Positions 11,433 to 20,412 of a stretch of DNA of 64,000 bases are shown piece by piece. Under the pieces are notes generated by a model that was not told where the DNA came from, searched no databases, and saw only the letters and a list, made by a program, of their open reading frames with translations. The DNA lies in sequence record DRR723986_791, one strand, 5' to 3'. The position numbers and the translations under genes were made by a program. Position 1 is the stretch's first letter. Each line of letters opens with the position of its first letter.

Positions 11433-11660
11433 GTGTTTTTCTGGACTCGAGAAATATTCGGCTGGGCACTTATTGTGCTTGCCATTGCACTTCTTCGCAT
11501 CGGAATCGGCTACACGGCCGATCGTCAGGTCGTCGAAGCTGGCGTAGTAGCCATGATGGCACTTGGTACTTTGCGGGCCGGCATTCTGCTAGTGAGAATG
11601 TCGACCGCCGCAAGGATAGCCATCCGCCAAGAAGCCACCAAACCTGGTTCATCGGTGTAG
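11433..11660 (+). CDS. Small two-TM membrane protein
   Basis: GTG start preceded by AAGGA; two hydrophobic helices; fills the gap before the convergent gene. Confidence 0.7.
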   Translation: MFFWTREIFGWALIVLAIALLRIGIGYTADRQVVEAGVVAMMALGTLRAGILLVRMSTAARIAIRQEATKPGSSV

Positions 11661-11682
11661 CTTCATGGGCTGATGTCGGCGT

Positions 11683-14600
11683 CTATTCAAAATACCACTT
11701 GCCGACACGACCATCATCGAAGTCAACAAAGTACAGGTCACCGTCGGGTCCTTGGATGATCTGAACAACGTATCGAGCTCCAGTCGCAAATGTTTGATAT
11801 CCCAACACTTGCCCGGCCGCATCAACATCAGCGTGACGCACGATACCTCGTCCGAGATCATTAAAGAAGATATCGCCCTGGTACTCACTCGGATAAGTGG
11901 TACCGCGGTACACAGCTCCCAAGACAATGGCATTGATACCATCTCTTGAGTGACTCAGCGCCGTGCTCGGTGGAGTCGCTGTTGTGCTGGAATAGAACGC
12001 AGCCGCCTCTGGAAGATCCTTATAGCCATTGGTCTTTGTATTGGCGACATCGCTTCCTTCGTAGAACGGCCAACCAAAGTTTGCACCTGCTGGACCAACA
12101 TTGATCTCTTCCCATCGGCCCCAACCAACATCACCAATAAATAGGTTTCCGGTTACTGGATCGACACTCATCCGAAACGGATTGCGCAGTCCAAGCTGAT
12201 AGACCCTCGACCGGTTCGACAGCGGATCGCCATCGAAGAATGGATTGGTCGATAGCCCCTCGCCAGAGATTGGATCGATCCTAAGCACCTTCCCGGATAG
12301 ATTGTTTTCGTCCTGTACACGCAAAGTTCGGGGGTCAACGCGATTGTACGAAGTCCCATCACCAATCGATGCATACAGAGCTCCATCGACACCGAATTGC
12401 AGACTGCCAACAGAGTGAGATTCACTATCGGAGGCCAGAAAGTCGCGAATGTTGGTGCCATCTTCAAGGATGCCTGCCGGTGGTTCGGTGAAGTCAAACG
12501 TGCTATTGGCAAACGCGTTGAAGTTCTGCCAAACACTATTGGTGCCGACCAAGATAACTTCACTGTCGGCAATCACCCGAGTGTAGTTGGTCGATGCATC
12601 TAGGGTCCATCTCGTCAGTCGTCCAACTCGATTCCCCTTTCCGTCCGGTTTGGCTAGCGAATTGGACGTATTCAGGAATACTTGTGCTGGGTCAAACGTA
12701 TACAGCGTGTAGAGGTACGGTGCGTTTTCCAGATCGGGATGCACCGCAATGTCCAGCAAACCTCGATCCCGAACACCATTGGTTAAGGCCGTCATGTCAA
12801 GTGCGTCTCCGCTGTTGACACCATCCCGCATGACGCGAATCAGTCCTCGCTGCTCAGCGATGTAAAGATTTCTGCCATCATCACCGAATGTGATCGCAGT
12901 CGGCTTGGTCAGTCCCGTTCGAACGAATTCGGTTGATAGCGACGTAGGAAAGTCAGTTGGCGGTGGTACCGCATCGGTGTACACCCAACTCTGGACGATG
13001 TGCGAATTTGGAGCCTGTAGAGTTGCGGCGGTGAATCCCGCGTACATCTCGTCACCGATCTCCACCTGCAGCTCAAGGTCGGCTGTGAGTACGGGTTGCT
13101 GCGGTTTGGTTGATGTATCGCTTAAGTAAACGAACAGCTTGTTCGCGTTGCCGTCGTAGTCCACAAAGGCATACAACTTATCACCCGAGTTCAGGTCGAA
13201 AGCAACATTGCTAACCGCGAATGGCTCCAGTTCGTCGCCAATGAACAACGAAACAGAGTTATTGGATATATCGTCGACGTTTTGAACAGTGTCAAACCGA
13301 ACCGCAACGGCACTGTCGATTCCAAGGTGGCCAATCTGAGCTCCGCCGCTTCCAATTGATTCATCTGCAAGACTATCGTTGTGTAGGACGAACGCGAAAC
13401 CTTGTCCGCCCGTAGTTCCACCGGCAAGCTCAAAACTGAATTCGGTCATGAATGACGTTTGAGCTGTGACGGGAATAGGCAGTTTATGAAACGCTGATCC
13501 GATCTGGTCGGCGACCAACTCAGTCAACAGCAACTGATCGTCGGCAATCGTTGCATCGACGTTCGTCGTCAGGCTAGTTGTGACGGCAAAGTCGGGGTAA
13601 TTCGGAAGCGGATCGAGAAACTCATCGTCCACAATTTCAACGGTTGCCGTTCGGGGCGCCGCAAGTCCGGCTCCGAGTGGGTTGTCGATTGCAATCGTGA
13701 ATAACTCGTCGCCTTCAACTTCCGCGTCGTCAAAGATCGTGACCGAGATTTCTCGCGATAGCTGCCCGATGTCGAAGAACAACAAGCCTCCCGTTTCAGC
13801 GTAATCGTCACTTGCCGTCGCCGTACCGGCCAGGACTTGCAACTCGATGGTGGCAAAGTTGTCGGCATTGTCGCGCTCGACCACAATGCTCGTCGAACCG
13901 GCGTTCTCGTCGACGGTTACCAGGTTCGTTGCTAAGCGAAATACGCCCGAGTCCTCTGCGGCAAATCCGTATTGAAAGAAACCATCACCGTGCAGGCTCG
14001 CCCCACGACCAAACCCTGGTGTGAAACCATCTTCAGGCAACCAAGTTGCACTACTGAATACATCTGGGTCATCACTAAACACGCGCACTGAATCGACTTC
14101 GATGTACGGCACGTTCAAGTTAGCGTCGATGCCTTGAATGGGATCCCATACATCGCCGAAGAACTCTACCTGGATACGATCTGGTGTAACAACATCATCG
14201 GTATAGTAGGCGAAGTCCTGGAGTTCGGTGCTTACAAAGAAAGTCTCGACAATCACGCCGTTCACATACAGATAGAATCCTTCAGATCCTTCGTCACCGG
14301 ATGCCCGCACCACGACGGTAGAGCCGATAGATGCGTACTGAAAATAGCCATCGGAGTGCAACCATGGCCCGCGATTGAATCCGGCAACAATCCCCTCGCC
14401 CTCGACCCACGATCCGGTCGAAAGCACGCTGGGGTCTTCCGTCTCAAAACGTTTCCCATTGAGCTCGATGTAGTCGACGAACAAATTGGCATCGATACCG
14501 TTCTCGGGATCCCAGATATCACTGATGAACTCGACGCGAATATCCTCTGGGCGAACTGCCTGATCTGAAGTGTAGAAAAAATCCTCGTCTTCCGTACTGG

Positions 14601-14778
14601 CAACGAACGTCTCAACGGGTACTTCATTGAGCACCAATTGGAACTGCTCCCCGCCCTCTTGGCCGGCAGCACGGATCAGAATATTCGTGCCAGCTTGTGC
14701 ATTGGTGGCAGCGATCAGGGCGAAAAGTAAGAACAGTCCAGTACGCACCACGGGCGTTGGCGACTTGGGGATGGACAT
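11683..14778 (-). CDS. Secreted PQQ-type glucose/sorbosone dehydrogenase with two CBM60-like repeats, Calx-beta and legume-lectin domains
   Basis: Signal peptide (..ATNAQA); two ~120 aa repeats (IRAAG.EG.E.F.L..DANL.VDYIE); Calx-beta (GTATASDDY..DDAEVEGDELF); lectin (SFMTEFSF..GGQGFAFVL); GSDH motifs RGLLDIAVHP, GLRNPFR, WEEIN; start uncertain. Confidence 0.85.
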   Translation of the reverse strand: MSIPKSPTPVVRTGLFLLFALIAATNAQAGTNILIRAAGQEGGEQFQLVLNEVPVETFVASTEDEDFFYTSDQAVRPEDIRVEFISDIWDPENGIDANLFVDYIELNGKRFETEDPSVLSTGSWVEGEGIVAGFNRGPWLHSDGYFQYASIGSTVVVRASGDEGSEGFYLYVNGVIVETFFVSTELQDFAYYTDDVVTPDRIQVEFFGDVWDPIQGIDANLNVPYIEVDSVRVFSDDPDVFSSATWLPEDGFTPGFGRGASLHGDGFFQYGFAAEDSGVFRLATNLVTVDENAGSTSIVVERDNADNFATIELQVLAGTATASDDYAETGGLLFFDIGQLSREISVTIFDDAEVEGDELFTIAIDNPLGAGLAAPRTATVEIVDDEFLDPLPNYPDFAVTTSLTTNVDATIADDQLLLTELVADQIGSAFHKLPIPVTAQTSFMTEFSFELAGGTTGGQGFAFVLHNDSLADESIGSGGAQIGHLGIDSAVAVRFDTVQNVDDISNNSVSLFIGDELEPFAVSNVAFDLNSGDKLYAFVDYDGNANKLFVYLSDTSTKPQQPVLTADLELQVEIGDEMYAGFTAATLQAPNSHIVQSWVYTDAVPPPTDFPTSLSTEFVRTGLTKPTAITFGDDGRNLYIAEQRGLIRVMRDGVNSGDALDMTALTNGVRDRGLLDIAVHPDLENAPYLYTLYTFDPAQVFLNTSNSLAKPDGKGNRVGRLTRWTLDASTNYTRVIADSEVILVGTNSVWQNFNAFANSTFDFTEPPAGILEDGTNIRDFLASDSESHSVGSLQFGVDGALYASIGDGTSYNRVDPRTLRVQDENNLSGKVLRIDPISGEGLSTNPFFDGDPLSNRSRVYQLGLRNPFRMSVDPVTGNLFIGDVGWGRWEEINVGPAGANFGWPFYEGSDVANTKTNGYKDLPEAAAFYSSTTATPPSTALSHSRDGINAIVLGAVYRGTTYPSEYQGDIFFNDLGRGIVRHADVDAAGQVLGYQTFATGARYVVQIIQGPDGDLYFVDFDDGRVGKWYFE

Positions 14779-15006
14779 CGGGGTCTCCACACGGGCAACT
14801 TGTTGGAATTTTCGCGCCAAGCGTAGTTACTGAGTTTGGCGAGTCAACAAGTTCGGTATGGAGATTCAAAAAAGACCCCTTCGCCCCCTCCGCCAGCAGG
14901 GCTGGCTAGCTCCTGGCAGACCGGATTTTGCAGACTTTTTGGGGCGGAACTCTGCGATCTACGAACGTGAAGCCCTCGAGATCAGCGGGCTTTCCCCCGA
15001 GCGAGA

Positions 15007-17334
15007 TCACTCGCTGATGACCTCGACCCGGTTCCAATAGGCCCATTCGTTCTTCCAATCGTTGGCATGGTTTTCAACTCGAAGGTGAATTAACTCGCCC
15101 GCAAAGCGGCTGAGATCAACTTCCACATCCAACCATTCATCGTCGCCTACAGTCTTCGATCCAACGACCTGTTCCAAGAGCGTTTCTTGCCCAACGCGAA
15201 CCTTCAGCAGCCAGTCACCGTGCGGGTGGTGGCTAACACGCAGGTGCAGGCGAGTCCGCTTCTCCTTCGGCACATACATCTTCCAACGACTCAGCCGACT
15301 AGGCGTATCTCGATCCTTGGGATGTGTCTGCACGGCCGCTGCGTTTCGGAATTCTGCATGAGCGACCACGCCACCTTCACCAACGTCGGCGACGCGAAAC
15401 CCAGGAGCAAACTTCTGTATAGTTGAGTTCCACGTGACATCCCGCTGCATACGCTTGAAGTCCAGATTTGGCTCACTTCCCGATGTGATCCTTCGGGCAA
15501 CAAACTCTTGAATCGCCGGCATCTTACTTTGACTAGCCAGCCTCAATGCCTGCTCGGGAAATTCTGGCACCATCGGCTCAAGGGCGAACCAGATCATTCT
15601 AGGTACGTTGGGATCGTCAATATCTTCAGCATGCTGAACTAAGCGAGTCAGTATCTCCCAACGATTCTGCATCGGAATACGTTGTGCCGCGGATGCCAAG
15701 TACTGACGAACAATTGGAGACGAATCCTCGGTCGCCAGCGACTCAAACCTTGCCAAGACTTCAGGGGACAACGGTAGTGTTTGGTCCGCCTGCGGTTGAA
15801 ACACGTTGACACCGCTGCCGTCGGTAAGCAATTGGATCGCCCAAGCTCGAACGTAGGGCTCACCATGGGCAAGCAACCCTGTTAGCTGTTCAACGTCGAG
15901 TCCCCCAATCGCATGTTGACACCAGAGCACGCGAAGCTTGTTCGCTGCCGAGCTGGTTGTCGCAAACAAACGATCGAGTTCGGCCAGCACCTGCTCCCGA
16001 TTGAGCACTCCACGAGACGCGCGATACTGCAGCTCTAGTCGAGCATTGCGCGCGTACCAATCGTTCGAGTGCAACTGAAACGCAACCAGATCCAGATCAC
16101 TGGCACCAGTGATATTCGGTGCAGAAACACGTTCAACAACGCTTGGCATAATTTTGTAGACTCGCCCACTATTGGGAAACTCAATTGCATTGCCGCAGAT
16201 ATCCTGATCGTGCCAATCTAAGATATAGACGCCACCATCCGGCCCGATCTCGACACTGAATCCGACCCAAGCCATATCGTTTGCTGGCAGAAAGTCATCA
16301 CCGTGCTTACCAATAAAACTTGAACCGTTCGGCACCATGACATCCGTCAGTACCGCATGCTCATGAATGTTGCACATGAACAAACGGCCACGATACTCTT
16401 CAGGAAACGCATCGGCTAGGTAAAACCGTGCGCCTCCGTGGGCAGATAGATGCGTGTGGTCGCGGATCGTCTTGATGTCGTCATAGATGTACGGGTTAAC
16501 GTGGGGGCGACTTTGCTTGTGATAAACGCCGCCCTGAACGACATGGAACAAATGCGGAATAACGCAACACGTTGCAAAGCCCTGGCCGTGCTCATCAAAA
16601 TCAAATCCCCACGGATTCGAAAGTCCGCGCGCGAAAATTTCGAATTTGTCCTGCGTTGGGTGATAACGCCAAATCCCGGCGTCAATGAACTGCCGCTGTG
16701 CGTCGGGTGTTCCGGGCTTTCCAACCTTTGAATGAGTGAAGACGCCGTGGCAACCATACAGCCAGCCGTCCGGTCCCCAAATGAAACTGTTCAGCGTCTC
16801 GTGCCGGTCGTTCATCCCCCAGCCGTCAAGCAAGACTTCGGGCGGTCCATCGGGGACGTCATCTCCGTCGGCATCCGGAATAAACGTCAGATTTGGAGGC
16901 GAACCAAGGAAGACGCCGCCAAAGCCGCAGGCTATCCCCGATGTGAAAGTCAGCGTGTCTGTGAACGTCTTTTTCTTATCAAACTGGCCGTCACCATCAA
17001 CGTCTTCTAGAATTTGAATCCGACTCACCGGATCATCTGTATGCGCGCCGCGATTAACGTAGTTAAAATTCTCGACCACCCACAATCGCCCGCGGCCGTC
17101 GAAACAGAATGCGATCGGTTCTGCGATATCCGGTTCGGAGGCAAAAACGGTGACGTCGAACCCTTCGGGAATCGCCATCTTCTCCACTGCCTGACTAGGA
17201 GATAGGAACGGCGCGTCGCTCCGGCGATGCTGCTTCTTCGGCAGTGTGTTTCGATCCTCTGCAAACAGCGGCGTTGCTGCAAACACAACCAACAACGAGC
17301 AGCCAGCAATCTTGCTTACCAATGAACTTCTCAT
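15007..17334 (-). CDS. PVC-type membrane-bound dehydrogenase domain protein (beta-propeller + HEAT repeats, no heme motif)
   Basis: FASEPDIAEPIAFCFDGRGRLWVVE, WGPDGWLYG, SNPWG, GPDGGVY; HEAT-like YVRAWAIQLL; extra C-terminal beta-sandwich. Confidence 0.85.
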   Translation of the reverse strand: MRSSLVSKIAGCSLLVVFAATPLFAEDRNTLPKKQHRRSDAPFLSPSQAVEKMAIPEGFDVTVFASEPDIAEPIAFCFDGRGRLWVVENFNYVNRGAHTDDPVSRIQILEDVDGDGQFDKKKTFTDTLTFTSGIACGFGGVFLGSPPNLTFIPDADGDDVPDGPPEVLLDGWGMNDRHETLNSFIWGPDGWLYGCHGVFTHSKVGKPGTPDAQRQFIDAGIWRYHPTQDKFEIFARGLSNPWGFDFDEHGQGFATCCVIPHLFHVVQGGVYHKQSRPHVNPYIYDDIKTIRDHTHLSAHGGARFYLADAFPEEYRGRLFMCNIHEHAVLTDVMVPNGSSFIGKHGDDFLPANDMAWVGFSVEIGPDGGVYILDWHDQDICGNAIEFPNSGRVYKIMPSVVERVSAPNITGASDLDLVAFQLHSNDWYARNARLELQYRASRGVLNREQVLAELDRLFATTSSAANKLRVLWCQHAIGGLDVEQLTGLLAHGEPYVRAWAIQLLTDGSGVNVFQPQADQTLPLSPEVLARFESLATEDSSPIVRQYLASAAQRIPMQNRWEILTRLVQHAEDIDDPNVPRMIWFALEPMVPEFPEQALRLASQSKMPAIQEFVARRITSGSEPNLDFKRMQRDVTWNSTIQKFAPGFRVADVGEGGVVAHAEFRNAAAVQTHPKDRDTPSRLSRWKMYVPKEKRTRLHLRVSHHPHGDWLLKVRVGQETLLEQVVGSKTVGDDEWLDVEVDLSRFAGELIHLRVENHANDWKNEWAYWNRVEVISE

Positions 17335-18533
17335 TTTGCCAACTCCACCTGCTCGGTTGTTTGTAGATATCGAACCAGATCAACGACCTCCTGAGGTGCC
17401 AACTGCTCAAGTTGCCCTTCGGGCATCATGCTCTTGGGCGAGACCTTTCGAACCTCGATATCGCTCTTTGCAATGGCCACACGCGCCTGCTCCGGAGTTT
17501 TCAGGACGATTCGATTATTATCCTCTTCAGCGAGCACTCCGTTTACGACTCTACCGTCGACGGTCATGACCTGCGTTGTCTGATAGGCTTCAGGAACATC
17601 AAAGCTCGGATCGATACTGTTGAGCAATAAATAGTCCAGGTTGGCGCGATTGGATCCAGTCAGATCAGGCCCCACGCCTCCGCCGACCCCATAAAGCTGA
17701 TGACAAGCCGCACAAGTCTTTGCGAACACTGCTCTGCCACGCGAGGCATCCGCCTTCGCAAGCCGCTCCTCAGTGAGCAGATTGGTGTACTTTGCGAATT
17801 GCTGCTGTCTTTCTTGCCCCAGTTCTTTGATTGGGCCATACACGCTGGTAAATGCGTCACCCAAGAGCTCTCGTAAACTTCGCACCACGTGCGCTGGCAG
17901 GCTAGACTTGTCGGTATCGCCTGATTGAAGCGATTTCAGCATGGCTTGTGCGTATGACTTCCGCGAAGCCAGTGTTTCTACAACCGCTCGTTGCTGCTGC
18001 GGATTGAAAGTATCCATCCGCCCCAGCAGGATGCTCGGAGCTGCCTGGTTCTCGACGATTGCATAACCACGTATTGCATCAACACGCATCGCCTCGTCTT
18101 CCAACAATGCCTCCAGCATTAGTGAGGCTTCTTGATTCTGCTGATTCAGCAGCGAAAAAAGCGCTGTGCGTCGCCTATCTGCAGCAGCCGCCTCATCACG
18201 CAGCACTTCAAGGGCCGCCGCGGTCGCCGCCTGATCTCCGTAAATCTGCGACAACTGCAGAACCAACTCGCGAACACCAGGATCGCTGCTATCGGAGAGT
18301 TTTTGGCTGACAGCTTGCCAGCCCTTAGGCGCTTGAGCTCGACGCTGCCCCTCCAAGCCCTTTAGCATTCCGCGTAAGAAAGCCGCTTGCACCTTCGGCG
18401 ACTCGCATTCGGCAATCGTCTGGACCAACAGTTCTCGAGCGGCATCGTCATCCGCTCTCAACATAAGTGGTAAACTAAACGTCACGGCAAGGCATACCAA
18501 GGGAAGCGCCGCCTTCGATCTGTTAACTATCAT
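17331..18533 (-). CDS. PVC-type heme-binding cytochrome c protein
   Basis: Own signal peptide; GRAVFAKTCAACHQL..VGPDLTGSNR..SIDPS..SMMPEG; 4-bp overlap with the next gene. Confidence 0.88.
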   Translation of the reverse strand: MIVNRSKAALPLVCLAVTFSLPLMLRADDDAARELLVQTIAECESPKVQAAFLRGMLKGLEGQRRAQAPKGWQAVSQKLSDSSDPGVRELVLQLSQIYGDQAATAAALEVLRDEAAAADRRRTALFSLLNQQNQEASLMLEALLEDEAMRVDAIRGYAIVENQAAPSILLGRMDTFNPQQQRAVVETLASRKSYAQAMLKSLQSGDTDKSSLPAHVVRSLRELLGDAFTSVYGPIKELGQERQQQFAKYTNLLTEERLAKADASRGRAVFAKTCAACHQLYGVGGGVGPDLTGSNRANLDYLLLNSIDPSFDVPEAYQTTQVMTVDGRVVNGVLAEEDNNRIVLKTPEQARVAIAKSDIEVRKVSPKSMMPEGQLEQLAPQEVVDLVRYLQTTEQVELAK

Positions 18534-18736
18534 CGACCAACACCCAAAACAAACAACTGCACCCTGCACTCAAACAAACTGCGCAGCACATCACTTGATC
18601 AATACGGAAGCGTCTTCCCCAACAGGCTGCTGGCTAGCCAGGTAGCATTTTAACACCGCGACCGACCGCAAGGCTCTACGGCCAGCAGTGCAAAGGCAAC
18701 TCGACAATCCCCAGTCTACTTGAAAGCGAGAACATA

Positions 18737-19657
18737 ATGGACCGACGGCATTTCTTCAGCATCACAGCCGGTGGAGCAGCCACGCTTGCTTCCGCAACAG
18801 CTTTACGTGGTGCCAAAGCGGCTGACGCTTCGCAGTGGCCGATTGCGATCTTTGAAAAGGTATTCGAAGGTCTCAACTATGCCGAACTTGCGGAAGCGAT
18901 CCACAAGATTGGTGCCGACGGTATCGAAGCGACCATTCGTCCTGGAGGTCACATTACTCCAGACGTAGCCGAGGAAGAAGTGCCCAAGATGGCCGAAGCC
19001 CTCGCGAAACATGGCAAGAAGATTTTGATTGCGGCCACGGGCATCAAGCAAGCCGATGCAGCATCTGAGAAACAACTGAGAATTCTCAAGGCTGCAGGCG
19101 TGACGCACTACCGGATGTCGCACTATCACTACGATCTATCCAAACCTGTGCTTGAACAACTGGACAATTACACCCAGATGGCTCGGGGCCTTGCTGCGTT
19201 GAATCAGGAGATCGGAATCCAAGGTCTTTACCAAAACCATTCCGGCGGCAACAGTCGCCGTGGCTATGTAGGGGCCCTTGGCTTGGATGCCGCCATGATG
19301 CTGCGGGAGATCGATCCGGACCATCTTGGCGTTGCCTTCGACACTCGCCACCTTCGCAAAGACACCGGCTCGAGCTGGGAAACTGCCATCGCCGCATTCA
19401 AACCACACGTACGCAGCATATATGTCAAGGACGGCATATGGCATGGCGACCGCGGTGACCAATACAAGGACGTGCCACTGGACGAGGGTTTCGTCAACAA
19501 AAAGGTCTTCGACACGATGCGCGACGGCCTCCCTCCGATGCCTTTGTGTATTCACATGGAGTGGCTTGGCTACCGCATTTTCCCCAAAGCAGAGATTCCT
19601 GACGCCATCGACGCCAACCGCCGCGACCTCAAAACCCTCCGCGGCTGGCTGTCTTAG
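18737..19657 (+). CDS. Tat-exported sugar phosphate isomerase/epimerase (xylose-isomerase-like TIM barrel)
   Basis: MDRRHFF Tat motif; G.DGIE..IRPGGH, YQNHSG, FDTRH, YVKD, HME. Confidence 0.85.
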   Translation: MDRRHFFSITAGGAATLASATALRGAKAADASQWPIAIFEKVFEGLNYAELAEAIHKIGADGIEATIRPGGHITPDVAEEEVPKMAEALAKHGKKILIAATGIKQADAASEKQLRILKAAGVTHYRMSHYHYDLSKPVLEQLDNYTQMARGLAALNQEIGIQGLYQNHSGGNSRRGYVGALGLDAAMMLREIDPDHLGVAFDTRHLRKDTGSSWETAIAAFKPHVRSIYVKDGIWHGDRGDQYKDVPLDEGFVNKKVFDTMRDGLPPMPLCIHMEWLGYRIFPKAEIPDAIDANRRDLKTLRGWLS

Positions 19658-19684
19658 GCCCGGAGCCAAACTATTGATGGTTGG

Positions 19685-19713
19685 TTAAGCTGGTCGGATA
19701 AGCCGTGTATAAT
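19685..19713 (+). promoter_or_regulatory. Putative sigma70 promoter for the VOC gene
   Basis: TTAAGC-N17-TATAAT (perfect -10, weak -35). Confidence 0.4.
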
Positions 19714-19805
19714 TGGGATCTGATGAGTAGCATTTGCTCCGATTATTTCCAGCCACCTTTCCTTGCGAGGTTGCTTCATTGATACCGCTCTCAAACAAAA
19801 CCAAT

Positions 19806-20339
19806 ATGACTCAACCTCCAATCGAATTATCGCGAAGACGAGCTGTTGCAATTACGGCGGCTTCAATGGCGGTGCTACCCGCTGTGGGATGCGCCGAAGC
19901 AACCGACAACTCCGATTCTGTGACTGACAAGACGGATCAAACTGATACACCCAAAACTAAAAAAACTTCTAAAATCGACGATAGTGGAGAAACCATGCAA
20001 GTTGCTTACCTTGAAATCGTAACCGAGGACGCTGAAGCGGCGTGCAAGCTGTACGAAAGTGTCCACTCAATATCATTTGGCGAACCAGATCCAAGCGTTG
20101 GAGGTGCCAGGACCGCCGAAATGAAGGATGGCTCTACGCTTGCTGTGCGGGCACCGATGCACGGCGGAGAAAAACCTGTCACCCGAGCATACATGCTTGT
20201 CGAAGACATTGAAGCAGCCGTAGCCGCCGCCAAAGAGGCCGGAGCCATGATCGCTGTTCCCCCAATGGAAATCCCTGGCCGTGGCACGTGCGCCATCTAC
20301 ATGCACGGCGGCATAGAATCTGGGCTATGGCAGCGTTAA
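19806..20339 (+). CDS. VOC/glyoxalase family protein with possible Tat-lipoprotein extension
   Basis: YLEIVT..ACKLY; YMLVEDIEAAV..AGAMIAVPPMEIPGRG; SRRRAV + lipobox AVGC; alternative start at 19995. Confidence 0.8.
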   Translation: MTQPPIELSRRRAVAITAASMAVLPAVGCAEATDNSDSVTDKTDQTDTPKTKKTSKIDDSGETMQVAYLEIVTEDAEAACKLYESVHSISFGEPDPSVGGARTAEMKDGSTLAVRAPMHGGEKPVTRAYMLVEDIEAAVAAAKEAGAMIAVPPMEIPGRGTCAIYMHGGIESGLWQR

Positions 20340-20412
20340 AGCCTGCAGACTAACTGCTCAGAACAACCGCCCTACCCTGGGTGTTCACGCCTCACGCCAG
20401 TGTCCCAACGTC

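Noticed and set aside
14970-14992. AAGCCC/GGGCTT hairpin as a terminator
   Set aside because: Short stem with a large loop and no U-tract on the relevant (minus) strand
17331-17334. Frameshifted or pseudogene reading of the split dehydrogenase/cytochrome
   Set aside because: Domain order is reversed relative to fused homologs and both genes have signal peptides
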